Part shown: piece by piece, positions 26,244-34,825 of the stretch
Position numbering within the stretch: position 1 is the first letter of the stretch
Layout of the letters: every line of letters begins with the position of its first letter
The notes under the pieces: generated by a model
Told to the model about the DNA's origin: nothing
Database searches by the model: none
What the model saw: only the letters and a program-made list of their open reading frames with translations
Position numbers and translations under genes: made by a program
Source: a virus
Lineage: Duplodnaviria; Caudoviricetes
Reading direction: 5' to 3' (one strand)
Length of the DNA: 58,943 nt
IMG/VR virus record: IMGVR_UViG_3300003887_000023
Location: 1-58,943 of that record

Positions 26244-26465
26244 ATGCACGATCGACCATCAGCGGCCATCAACCTGAGATCCATCCGGCCTATCGAGGGC
26301 TTCGATTATCGCTTCCGCACCTTCAACCATCGGCGGGACTACAGTGTCACCAATGGCAGCGGCGACCGCCCGGCCAATACCCTCGATCAGATCGTGGAAG
26401 TGACCTTGCCCTTGCTCCGGTCTGTGTGGCCGGGCGCGATGCCGACGCGGAAGATCATGCTGTGA
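26244..26465 (+). CDS. Hypothetical protein
   Basis: GGAGG RBS. Confidence 0.5.
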   Translation: MHDRPSAAINLRSIRPIEGFDYRFRTFNHRRDYSVTNGSGDRPANTLDQIVEVTLPLLRSVWPGAMPTRKIML

Positions 26466-26478
26466 GCAGAATGGATCG

Positions 26479-26886
26479 ATGATGGCAGCGATTCAAAGGA
26501 AAGTTGTCACCATGTGGCTATTTTCAGCGCTGTTCGGATGCTCCGACGACGTCTCACCAAAATCAACGGATGTCGTCTTGGCAATTTTACACCCCCAATT
26601 CCACGGCAACAATGAAACCGGCGTTATAGTCGGCATGGATAATGAACAGACGATCGCAAAGGATCGAGCGTTGATCACCAAATATCGGGAATGGTTGAAG
26701 ACGCAGCCGCGCGACGTCGTGCGAGCCTATGAGTATTGGCTTTCATTTTACGAGTCCGGGTGCAAGGAAGCTGAAAAGGCCATCGCCTCCAACGCGCGCA
26801 AGAAATTCCATGACGAATGGGACCGCGATGTTGCGCAGAAGCTGCGGAAAGCAGAAGAGGCTGCGAAGAATTTTCCGAAGCCGTAG
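26479..26886 (+). CDS. Hypothetical protein, possible lipoprotein
   Basis: MWLFSALFGC; locally lower GC. Confidence 0.5.
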   Translation: MMAAIQRKVVTMWLFSALFGCSDDVSPKSTDVVLAILHPQFHGNNETGVIVGMDNEQTIAKDRALITKYREWLKTQPRDVVRAYEYWLSFYESGCKEAEKAIASNARKKFHDEWDRDVAQKLRKAEEAAKNFPKP

Positions 26887-26939
26887 GCAGAGGCATGCAT
26901 GCCGACTCGAACGGATGGATAAGGGAAGGAACGCACCCG

Positions 26940-27194
26940 ATGACCGAACGACCCCCAACACAAAGCTGGGAAGTCTCCGTCTCTGTGAACGGAGAGACCA
27001 TCTTGACCATCGGACACAGTCACCTGTGCGGTGTCGAGAACATCAGCGACTATGCCGGCGATGTTCGTAACTGCGCACAGCACCTGCTGGCGCTTGTCGG
27101 CGAGGAGGACACGGAAGATTCGGGCATGTGCAAGAGTTGGCTCGGATACGAGGAAGCGGACGGCGACGGCGTGAAGACCACAACGGGAGGATGA
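26940..27194 (+). CDS. Hypothetical protein
   Basis: RBS and coupling. Confidence 0.55.
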   Translation: MTERPPTQSWEVSVSVNGETILTIGHSHLCGVENISDYAGDVRNCAQHLLALVGEEDTEDSGMCKSWLGYEEADGDGVKTTTGG

Positions 27195-27412
27195 AGAGGA
27201 TGGCCGAGCGCGTCAAAATCGGCGACCGCATTGCCTCCAATGCCGACACGTTGGCGTATCACTGCGGCGACAAGTTTGGGCACGTTGAAGAACTCGACGG
27301 CATCGCGGTCATGTGCCGGATGGAGCGCAGCCGCCGGCTGGTGCCGTTCGGAGCCGATCAGTTCCAAGTCGTCCGGGAGGCCGCCGCCCCTCCCCCATCC
27401 TCCAGAGAGTGA
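27191..27412 (+). CDS. Hypothetical protein (SH3-like)
   Basis: VKIGDRI...GHVEE. Confidence 0.55.
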   Translation: MKRMAERVKIGDRIASNADTLAYHCGDKFGHVEELDGIAVMCRMERSRRLVPFGADQFQVVREAAAPPPSSRE

Positions 27413-27419
27413 GAGAGGG

Positions 27420-27638
27420 ATGGCCAACTACACCGACCCCACGCGTCGCCACGGCAAGACGGAGGTAATGCTCCAGTCGATCGAATTCGCTTGCGCGCGA
27501 AACAAGTCGGTGATCGTGGCAACCTCCAACCAGCAGGAAACGATTTGGACCTTGCGTGAGCGATTCCCCGGTTTCCTTTTTTCGACGGTCGGTGACTGGG
27601 GAATCAAGTTGCATCGTCGTCGGCGGGCGGGAAGCTGA
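27420..27638 (+). CDS. Small protein with P-loop-like motif
   Basis: RRHGKT. Confidence 0.5.
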   Translation: MANYTDPTRRHGKTEVMLQSIEFACARNKSVIVATSNQQETIWTLRERFPGFLFSTVGDWGIKLHRRRRAGS

Positions 27639-27641
27639 TCG

Positions 27642-28037
27642 ATGGCCCCGGGCGAGCCCTTTGACCTGGAGGAAGCAGCGCGGCGGTTGCACGTCACCGC
27701 CCGTTGGCTCCGGGATTGGCTCGCCAGCAACAGAAACGACCCCCGGGGCCCCTTCTGCCGGCTGGCGGGCCGGACTAAGCTGTTCACGTCGGATCATGTG
27801 CGGCGGATATTCGAGGCCTTGCCATGCCCATCAAACTCATCGATCCCAGGCCGGGCAAAACGCCGTACTTCGCCGGCCGCGGAACCCACCTCGGGACCTA
27901 CGTGGACCGAAGCACTAAGCTACGCGACGAGAGGAAAGCACGCCGCCTCATCCGGCAATGGGAATCGGACATCGAACGTGGTGTCTTTGCCCGCCCGGGG
28001 GAGCCGGGGTTCGGCGCCGCGGCGCTCGCCTACATGA
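27642..28037 (+). CDS. xis: Excisionase-like HTH protein overlapping int
   Basis: DLEEAARRLHVTARWLRDW...GRTKLFT; immediately upstream of integrase. Confidence 0.65.
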   Translation: MAPGEPFDLEEAARRLHVTARWLRDWLASNRNDPRGPFCRLAGRTKLFTSDHVRRIFEALPCPSNSSIPGRAKRRTSPAAEPTSGPTWTEALSYATRGKHAASSGNGNRTSNVVSLPARGSRGSAPRRSPT

Positions 28038-28867
28038 AAGCCGGGGGCGAGGAACGCCCCCTGGTCAAGCTGATTGCCCATTTCAGAGACCGCGCGCTCA
28101 TCGAAATCGACCAGGCAGCGATTGACGCCGCCGCGATCGAGCTGTTCCCCGACGCCCCGCCAGCGACCCGCAACCGAGAGGTCTACACCCCGGTGTCGTC
28201 GGTCCTGAAGCATGCCGGGCATGATTTCAAGCTGCGGCGGCCGAAGGGCTCGCGCGGCATCGTCAAGACCGACTGGCTATGGCCGGAACAAGCCGGGCCA
28301 CTCCTGACCGCCGCCGAGGCGCTGGATGCTGAATTCGCGCTGCTGTGCCGCCTGCTGCTCTACACCGGATGCCGCATCAGCGAGGCCCTGCGGCTGACCT
28401 GCAATGACGTCCGCACCGGCGAGGCCTTCGCCTTCGTGAGGACGTCCAAGAACGGCGACCCCCGGCCGATGTTCCTGCCGCCCCATCTGGTGGTGGATCT
28501 TGAGAATCACCCCCGCGGGCTCGAGCGGGGCCAAGAGCGGGTGTTCCGCTTCCACCAGGGCGGCGCCCTGCGCTACCTGCTCAACGCCGCAAAGCTGATA
28601 GCCTGTGGCCTGCCGAAGCCGGCCCGGGTCAAGCACGGCAAGACACCGGCGGCGCCGGACCACGCGCTGTCCTTCGTGACCTTCCACACGTTCCGGCATA
28701 CCTACGCGACGTGGATGCGCCGATACGGCGGCCGGGACGTCAAGGGCTTGGTCGGCACCGGCAACTGGCGATCGGAACAATCCGCAAGCCGGTATGCCCA
28801 TGTGGTGCCGAGCGAGGATGCCAGGGCGGCAGCACTGTTGCCGGAGATCGGGAGGAAAGCCGGATGA
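27824..28867 (+). CDS. int: Tyrosine integrase
   Basis: YTGCRISEAL (R), SKNG (K), HTFRHTYA (HxxR), GNW, RYAH (Y). Confidence 0.95.
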   Translation: MPIKLIDPRPGKTPYFAGRGTHLGTYVDRSTKLRDERKARRLIRQWESDIERGVFARPGEPGFGAAALAYMKAGGEERPLVKLIAHFRDRALIEIDQAAIDAAAIELFPDAPPATRNREVYTPVSSVLKHAGHDFKLRRPKGSRGIVKTDWLWPEQAGPLLTAAEALDAEFALLCRLLLYTGCRISEALRLTCNDVRTGEAFAFVRTSKNGDPRPMFLPPHLVVDLENHPRGLERGQERVFRFHQGGALRYLLNAAKLIACGLPKPARVKHGKTPAAPDHALSFVTFHTFRHTYATWMRRYGGRDVKGLVGTGNWRSEQSASRYAHVVPSEDARAAALLPEIGRKAG

Positions 28868-29214
28868 CATTTAAAGTCGAGAACGATGATCGCCCCTATG
28901 CCGGGCCGCGCCCTGGCGAAACCTATATCGTGGGAGAGGATCAAGAGATTGCGAAAGCAATTCTTGAGGCGCTCGACGCGTCGCCCGACCGATTTCACAA
29001 CGACCCCTACATCAGCAAGGGCGACACCGATCTGACCAAAATCATCATCGATGGTCATTTCGATATGGTGCGGACCGCTCAACTGGTCATGCGGGCCGTG
29101 CGCAATCTTGGCTATCAAGCACCCTGCGGAAAATCTGCGGACTCCGGCGGATTTCAGACGCAAGTCATTGATAAACCTATAGGTAATTTTCCCTTCACAC
29201 GGGAGAGGTCATAG
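28864..29214 (+). CDS. Hypothetical protein ending inside the att core
   Basis: ATGA-coupled to int. Confidence 0.5.
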   Translation: MTFKVENDDRPYAGPRPGETYIVGEDQEIAKAILEALDASPDRFHNDPYISKGDTDLTKIIIDGHFDMVRTAQLVMRAVRNLGYQAPCGKSADSGGFQTQVIDKPIGNFPFTRERS

Positions 29215-29352
29215 GTTCAATCCCTATAGCGCCCACCATCCGAAGCCTTGATAAATCGACGCTTTCCACACATTACGCCCGGGCCTTCATGACGTCTCGC
29301 GACGGAACGAAGCCTGAATCTGACGCTTCGATCCGTGGAAAATCCGTGGACT
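29124..29352. promoter_or_regulatory. attP arms: integrase arm-type repeats and IHF site
   Basis: CTGCGGAAAATCTGCGGACT (29124) and CCGTGGAAAATCCGTGGACT (29333) flank the core. CAAGTCATTGATA (29161-73) is the reverse complement of WATCAANNNNTTR. Confidence 0.7.
29190..29238 (+). other. attP core: 3' half of tRNA-Val(CAC)
   Basis: TCCC-TTCACAC-GGGAG AGGTC ATAGG-TTCAATC-CCTAT AGCGCCC ACCA, i.e. anticodon loop, T-arm and CCA; no 5' half present. Confidence 0.9.
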
Positions 29353-29389
29353 TTGTTCTCACGACGTTCACGGTTTACGATCCCCCGCC

Positions 29390-29659
29390 ATGCCCGCCCC
29401 TCTCCCCCTCGACACCACGATCGCCGATCTTTCCGCAGCTGATTACACCCACCTGCATATCGAGTGCCGGTGCGGGCTGACTGATTTGCCCTTCCGAATG
29501 ATCAAAGGCGACCACAAGGCCATCACCCTGGAGCGCCTGTATCAGCGGTTGAGGTGTGAGCGATGCCTACGCCATCCCGAGCCCGACTCGCTCAGAGGCA
29601 CCCGGCAATCGGATGCGTCTGGATATGTGAGCCATCCCGGCAGCGGCCAGCGGTTGTAA
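29390..29659 (+). CDS. Small Zn-binding protein
   Basis: IECRCG...RLRCERC. Confidence 0.65.
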   Translation: MPAPLPLDTTIADLSAADYTHLHIECRCGLTDLPFRMIKGDHKAITLERLYQRLRCERCLRHPEPDSLRGTRQSDASGYVSHPGSGQRL

Positions 29660-29670
29660 CATTTCGTGAT

Positions 29671-29708
29671 TAGACGCAGGTTAATTTATGTCCTACTTTT
29701 AGGACATA
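29671..29708 (+). promoter_or_regulatory. Promoter with palindromic operator
   Basis: TAGACG-N17-TACTTT overlapped by TATGTCCTA-CTTT-TAGGACATA. Confidence 0.65.
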
Positions 29709-29758
29709 GACGGACGGGGATTGGCCCCGCCGAGACTGGGCGAGGAGGCCCAATCGAA

Positions 29759-29989
29759 ATGACCAGCAGCATCAAAATCGAAACTGTCGAAGACGCCCGC
29801 ACCTACGTTCGCCGCGCATGCGTCGAAGCCGGCCGCGACCTCGTCATCCCGGCGATCTGCGAAAAATTCAATTGCCGCGAAGCCGATGTTGACGACGATG
29901 GCCGCATCTGGATTTCCAGCCCGCAGCGCGGCCACTGGGTCAGCGACGAGAACATCATCGACTTTGCCAACTGGGACGCCGCCCGGTGA
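29759..29989 (+). CDS. Hypothetical protein
   Basis: AGGAGG upstream; MTSSIKIETVED. Confidence 0.65.
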   Translation: MTSSIKIETVEDARTYVRRACVEAGRDLVIPAICEKFNCREADVDDDGRIWISSPQRGHWVSDENIIDFANWDAAR

Positions 29990-30222
29990 GCAGCAAGCTT
30001 TTGCGCGACGTCGGCGCGGCCCTTTACGGGCCGCGTTGGCAATCCGACCTTGCGCGCGATCTCAAGGTGACGGACCGCACAGTCAGGCGCTGGACAGACG
30101 GATCGTCCGATGTGCCGGATGGCGTATACCTGGAATTGCTTAGCCTATGCCAGGAGCGCGCTGCAATGCTGGACGATCTAATTGAGCGCCTGCCTCGCGC
30201 GGCGGCGCCGCACACGAAATGA
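29986..30222 (+). CDS. HTH transcriptional regulator
   Basis: LYGPRWQSDLARDLKVTDRTVRRW. Confidence 0.8.
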   Translation: MSSKLLRDVGAALYGPRWQSDLARDLKVTDRTVRRWTDGSSDVPDGVYLELLSLCQERAAMLDDLIERLPRAAAPHTK

Positions 30223-30257
30223 AAAAGCCCGGCCGGGTGGCTATCCCCGACCGGGCT
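30223..30257 (-). terminator. Terminator at end of late transcript (possibly bidirectional)
   Basis: AAAAGCCCGG...CCGGGCT between convergent genes. Confidence 0.65.
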
Positions 30258-30294
30258 CCCACGGAAAGCCTCCGGAGGTTCAATCCCGAGGCTT

Positions 30295-31023
30295 TCAGAA
30301 CATGGATTCCTGTTTGACCGGATGTGATGGCGCCTCGATCGGCAATCGAGGCCGGGATAGTTCGTCGCTGATGCGACGGCAGGCGATATCGAAATAGGTA
30401 GGCACCTTTTCGATACCGGTGAAGCGGCGCCCGAGCGCTGCAGCTGCGACGCCGGTTGTCCCGCTGCCCATGAATGGATCGATGATCGAAGCGGCCGGGG
30501 GGGGTAGCTGCGAAATACACCAGCGCATCACCTCGATCGGCTTCTGCGTCGGATGCTCGCGCGCCACGTCGCGCTCCACCCGCATGCAGCCATTCCAGAG
30601 GAGGCGAATTCGGCGAACGGCTTTCGGCAGATTCGTCCAGGCCAGTTCGCAGTCCGCAAAATCCGTGTCGCCGTTGAGCTTGTCCCACACCAGCCAGCAT
30701 GATGTCGGGCCGAGACGATAGTAGTTTCCCCCGAAGATGATCTGCCACTTCGCGGCAGCACAAACGATCGCCATCAGGTCTTCACTGATCGGCTCGTTAT
30801 CCCAGTCGTCGTCTCCGTAGTCTCGACGATACGACTGCGCGTTGCGGATCTTGCTCGTGAGCCCGCTTGTTCGCGTCTTTGCCTTCCCGGCCGCCTCACC
30901 AATCCCATACGGCGGGTCCGTCACCACAGCATCTACCTTGCCAAGTGTCGGCAGGATTTCCCTGCAATCCCCCAGGTACAGCGTCACCCCTTCTGCAAGG
31001 TGTTCGGTGCGGATGGCGGTCAC
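30295..31023 (-). CDS. DNA N6/N4 methyltransferase (beta class)
   Basis: YLGDC...TDPPY, HPTQKP, DPFMGSGTT. Confidence 0.95.
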   Translation of the reverse strand: MTAIRTEHLAEGVTLYLGDCREILPTLGKVDAVVTDPPYGIGEAAGKAKTRTSGLTSKIRNAQSYRRDYGDDDWDNEPISEDLMAIVCAAAKWQIIFGGNYYRLGPTSCWLVWDKLNGDTDFADCELAWTNLPKAVRRIRLLWNGCMRVERDVAREHPTQKPIEVMRWCISQLPPPAASIIDPFMGSGTTGVAAAALGRRFTGIEKVPTYFDIACRRISDELSRPRLPIEAPSHPVKQESMF

Positions 31024-31027
31024 AACG

Positions 31028-31246
31028 TCACTCCGCTGCCTGTGGATGTTGATGGTCTTGGATCTTGCGGGCCGGGCCACAGCGCCATCGATCGCGCCGG
31101 GCCATCTCCTTTTGGACCTTGGCTCGGATCAATCCGACACAAACCGGGCAGCCACGGCTTTCACCGCCGCCGCCCTTGAAGGTGACGAAAACGACGCTAT
31201 GCTTCAGACACACGACGTCGCGACGGATGGGGTGGCCCTTCGGCAC
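31028..31246 (-). CDS. Hypothetical protein
   Basis: Fills gap; CPVC. Confidence 0.35.
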   Translation of the reverse strand: MPKGHPIRRDVVCLKHSVVFVTFKGGGGESRGCPVCVGLIRAKVQKEMARRDRWRCGPARKIQDHQHPQAAE

Positions 31247-31250
31247 GGCA

Positions 31251-31865
31251 TCATCTCCCCGCCGCCGCCATCACACGCCGCCCATAGCCGCTGCAGTGCG
31301 GCGCACGGCCGGTGCCGGTCTGATAGAGCGAGACACCGGAACACCCCGCCCCGCCCTTGCGGAGCGCCGTGGCGAGGTAGGCCATCGCATAGCGAAGATT
31401 GGTCGCGGCATCGGCGAGACCGCCGCAGGCGCCCGCGAAACCGACGCCGCGAGCCGTCTGGCACTTGATCTGGCCTAGGCCCCATTCGCCGGCAGCGCCG
31501 CGCAACGAAGCGCGGTAGCCACTCTCGACACGAACGACAGCATGGGCGATGTGGGTCGGGACACCGGCCGCAGCGGCGGCGGCCGTGACCAGGCTGCGTA
31601 CATCCGCGCCGCCGTCCCCGCGCTCCCGATCAACAGCATGGCGTACACGACGATCGCGAGCTTCACGGTTCGCTTCACCTGGAAAATGCCGGCGCTGATC
31701 ACGCGCCGCCTCCCGTTTCGAAGCGAAGCAGCGCAAGGCCGGATCGACATACGCACCCTTGATCACCGGGTAGCAGTAGGTCTTTGCAGCGACAGGCTGG
31801 ATCGGTAGGACGACGAGCAGCATCGCGAGCGCAATCGCGCCCGCGCCGAAGAGGCGCAGAGTCAT
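31251..31865 (-). CDS. Secreted lytic transglycosylase (SLT domain)
   Basis: Signal peptide; AVVRVES, GLGQI, NLRYAMAYL, Y..G. Confidence 0.85.
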   Translation of the reverse strand: MTLRLFGAGAIALAMLLVVLPIQPVAAKTYCYPVIKGAYVDPALRCFASKREAARDQRRHFPGEANREARDRRVRHAVDRERGDGGADVRSLVTAAAAAAGVPTHIAHAVVRVESGYRASLRGAAGEWGLGQIKCQTARGVGFAGACGGLADAATNLRYAMAYLATALRKGGAGCSGVSLYQTGTGRAPHCSGYGRRVMAAAGR

Positions 31866-31902
31866 GAGGGTTTTTCCCGTGCTGTGAAAAAACGACTTCA
31901 GA

Positions 31903-31995
31903 TCACGCGACGCGGACTCGCGTCACCATCCACGCCATCACCACCATGTTGGCGAGCACCCACAGCGCGAGAGCGTGCAGGATGAGCGTGGTCAT
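31903..31995 (-). CDS. Small TM peptide (30 aa)
   Basis: Manual: MTTLILHALALWVLANMVVMAWMVTRVRVA. Confidence 0.35.
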   Translation of the reverse strand: MTTLILHALALWVLANMVVMAWMVTRVRVA

Positions 31996-32060
31996 GGGAG
32001 GGGTGCGTTAATCCGTGTTTAGTGCCGATTATTGGTGGCGCCGCGCGAAAATGAGCGCGA

Positions 32061-32717
32061 CTAGGACATCAAAGCCCCGCGCCAAGACACGGGGATTACA
32101 GACATGATGCAACTCGCCAAAATGCTTTGGCCGATTGCGTTCAGGTGCGTGTTACCATCCGCGACATGCCACGACGCGCTTCCCTGCTGGTGGGTTCCGG
32201 CGACGATCAAGCCTCTCATGTACGTATAGAAGTCGGCTACGGTCGCGCCAAGCTCTGCCGCAGCAGCAGCCTGCTTCGTGCGTAATGTCACATTGGATTC
32301 GACAGGAGTGGCAACTGTGTCACCACCCGTCGAAAAATTCAGATAGTGCTGTAGCCCAACAATCTGCCGAGTGTATCCGAGCGCGGCGAGAGTTTGCCCG
32401 ATAGATACGATATTCGACTGCGTGTTGGCGTCCCCACCTGACCCGTCGTTTGTTCCACCATAGATCACACACGCGACAGCGTATGGAGGCGCAGAAAGGG
32501 CTTGAGCCCTCGTCAACATCTGCCCTGTCGTATTCCCAGATACACCCAAATTCGCAAACTGCACGTTTCCGCGATTAATGCGTAATGCTGCCTCGATTTT
32601 GAATGTGTAGAAATCGGTCAGACCGAGGCCAGTGCTGCCGTTATAAGTGTGGGAATCGCCGATACACACACATCTATTGCGCAGGGTTTGAGCCTGAGAA
32701 AAATACGATATTCCCAT
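32061..32717 (-). CDS. SGNH/GDSL hydrolase (esterase)
   Basis: GDS, NLGVSG, GTND, D..HLN blocks. Confidence 0.9.
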   Translation of the reverse strand: MGISYFSQAQTLRNRCVCIGDSHTYNGSTGLGLTDFYTFKIEAALRINRGNVQFANLGVSGNTTGQMLTRAQALSAPPYAVACVIYGGTNDGSGGDANTQSNIVSIGQTLAALGYTRQIVGLQHYLNFSTGGDTVATPVESNVTLRTKQAAAAAELGATVADFYTYMRGLIVAGTHQQGSASWHVADGNTHLNAIGQSILASCIMSVIPVSWRGALMS

Positions 32718-32720
32718 CGC

Positions 32721-33494
32721 TCAAAACTCGATCATCGCGAATCCCTGCGATCCTGCCCCTCCAATTGCGTTTTGGGAACCGCCGCCACCGCCACCGCCAT
32801 ATTGACCGGCCGCCGCCGCATTCCCGGCCCCGCCATTCATTCCGCCAGTTCCACCAATCCCAAATGGCGTACAACCACCGGCGCCGCCGCCAGGGAGCCC
32901 CCCCGCAAGCGCCCCGCCTTGAGTCTGCGATGCCCCTGTGAATGTCTTGGAATTTCCACCAGCCGCAGCAGTTGTAACGCCTGAACCGGCCCCGCCAGAA
33001 CTCCCAGAAATAAATGGGCCACCGCAAGCCGCTACGGCCCCGGTCGATCCAACCCCGCTTCCGCCGGCAGAACTTCCCGATTGAGGTTGCGCCGCAACCG
33101 TGGATGAAGCCGACCCATTGCCGCCATTAGTGGCCGCCCCAGCGCCGCCACCCTGCCCACCATGAGCGACAGGAACCGGGTAAGTCGTTCCGGTTAGTGT
33201 AGTGTTGCTGCCTGTCGACCCGCTATTTCCGGCAGTCCCGCCGGATACAGACGCTCCGACCGTAACCGTCAGGACTTGCCCTGGCGTTACAGGGACAGGA
33301 AAACGATAAACAGTATTGCCACCAGCACCACCACCGCCAGCGCCGCCCGTGGGATGTCCACCGCCCCCACTAGCGCCACCGCCAACGAGCGTTGCATAAA
33401 TTGTCGTAACCCCAACGGGTACGGTCCAACTGTTCGCGCCAGGAGTTGTGAACGCTGCAGAACTGAGCAATTTTGGTGCATATGAAACGCCCAT
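32721..33494 (-). CDS. Glycine-rich fibre-like protein
   Basis: FTTPG..WTVPVGVTTI...GGGxGG repeats. Confidence 0.8.
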   Translation of the reverse strand: MGVSYAPKLLSSAAFTTPGANSWTVPVGVTTIYATLVGGGASGGGGHPTGGAGGGGAGGNTVYRFPVPVTPGQVLTVTVGASVSGGTAGNSGSTGSNTTLTGTTYPVPVAHGGQGGGAGAATNGGNGSASSTVAAQPQSGSSAGGSGVGSTGAVAACGGPFISGSSGGAGSGVTTAAAGGNSKTFTGASQTQGGALAGGLPGGGAGGCTPFGIGGTGGMNGGAGNAAAAGQYGGGGGGGSQNAIGGAGSQGFAMIEF

Positions 33495-33496
33495 GG

Positions 33497-33826
33497 TCAC
33501 CACTCCCGCGCTGCGAAGGCTTGGCCAGTCGTCGCTCCGTAAATTGTCACAGCCTCAGTCGAGATTCCGAGATCAGATAGATTGCAGGCAAACCCAGCGG
33601 GCGCCCAAAAGGCCGGCTGTGTCGCTGCCGCATTTGTCCCGTCCCATCGAAGCCACAAATCCCCCGTGGATTGGTTTTGGAATATGCCGTCCACACGCGA
33701 GAGATTTTGAGCCATCAGTGATTGTGCGGTTCCACCGGAAGTTATGGACCCAGAACGGTCGGCGACGGCGGCAGCGGCGCGAGCCGGCTTGGTCGGCAAC
33801 GGATTTGTGTCGGTGATTACGGTCAT
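33497..33826 (-). CDS. Small beta-rich, virion-type protein
   Basis: SGSITSGGTAQ...QNQSTGDLWL...AFAAREW. Confidence 0.7.
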   Translation of the reverse strand: MTVITDTNPLPTKPARAAAAVADRSGSITSGGTAQSLMAQNLSRVDGIFQNQSTGDLWLRWDGTNAAATQPAFWAPAGFACNLSDLGISTEAVTIYGATTGQAFAAREW

Positions 33827-34015
33827 GACGCTGGCCTCATGTAGAGCGGTTGACTGGAAATCAGGACATCCAGGTAGGAGTCCCCGAATTTAATGCGCTG
33901 ATAGGTGACGCCGCCGATAGTGACACTGGACGGCGGGCCGCTCATCAGCGCCGCAAACAGATTCCGCCTCATGGCTGCGATTCCCGCGCTAATGGGGCTT
34001 TAATCAGGTTTTCAC

Positions 34016-34453
34016 TCATGGCAGTAACGCCAGAATGATGGTGCGATCTGCCGTCGCCGTCACAGCGGCAGCGGCCAGTCCGAGCCGCACCTTGAGATGC
34101 GTCGCCCCGATGAAGTCTTTGACCTCTAACGGCACCGAGCGTGATGCCGCGACCGTCACTGAATATTCATTTCCGTATGCGTCGTAGAAATTGTCATAGG
34201 TCGACCCGCCATCGTAGCTGACCTGGAACGACAGCTTCGTCGCGGAATCGATATTCGCGGGAAGCTGCACCCCCGCTGGCCGTCCCAACGCCAATGATAC
34301 CGCAGCCGAAAGGGATTGACCGCTCGCCACGACCGCTGTCGTCGATACGATCGCAGCGCCGACGGTCGCAACCACTTCCGCATCCGTCCCGTCGCCGAGC
34401 GGCTGCAAGCCCTTCGTGCCGCCAGCGGCGACCGCAAACGTTTTCTTGGCCAT
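34016..34453 (-). CDS. Beta-rich, virion-type hypothetical protein
   Basis: GQSLSAAV...LSFQVSYDGG...HLKVR. Confidence 0.7.
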   Translation of the reverse strand: MAKKTFAVAAGGTKGLQPLGDGTDAEVVATVGAAIVSTTAVVASGQSLSAAVSLALGRPAGVQLPANIDSATKLSFQVSYDGGSTYDNFYDAYGNEYSVTVAASRSVPLEVKDFIGATHLKVRLGLAAAAVTATADRTIILALLP

Positions 34454-34489
34454 AGCAAGCTTCCTTTCGTGAGAGAATTTCGACGATGA

Positions 34490-34825
34490 TCAAGAACCAG
34501 GAGGTGGCACCAATGTGTGCCTCCATGCGGAGAATGCGACGACGATGAGCATCGCGCCTTGGACGATGACGTCGACGAGGCGTGTATTTCCCGGAGATGC
34601 GACCGTCACTCCGGCATTGACGGCGAGGGCGACGGCGAGGCTGGCGAGCGCGAGCCTGTGTCCGAGCTTGATCAAATTGAGCCGCCCGCTGAATCCTGCA
34701 TCTGCCGTCACCGCCATCATGATGTAGACGATGCTAAGGGCAGCTAGCGCGTTGATCACCGCGGAAATTCCTCCGGTATTAATGTCGTCGCCCAAGGCGA
34801 GCAGCATCGTGTCAGCACTTGCCAT
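34490..34825 (-). CDS. Membrane protein (3 TM)
   Basis: Three hydrophobic segments. Confidence 0.65.
   Translation of the reverse strand: MASADTMLLALGDDINTGGISAVINALAALSIVYIMMAVTADAGFSGRLNLIKLGHRLALASLAVALAVNAGVTVASPGNTRLVDVIVQGAMLIVVAFSAWRHTLVPPPGS

Noticed and set aside
27420-27638. Helicase or terminase ATPase suggested by RRHGKT
   Set aside because: The ORF is only 72 aa with no Walker B. At most it is a remnant.
29190-29238. Functional tRNA-Val gene
   Set aside because: Only the anticodon loop to CCA is present. There is no 5' acceptor strand or D-arm, so it is treated as the att core.
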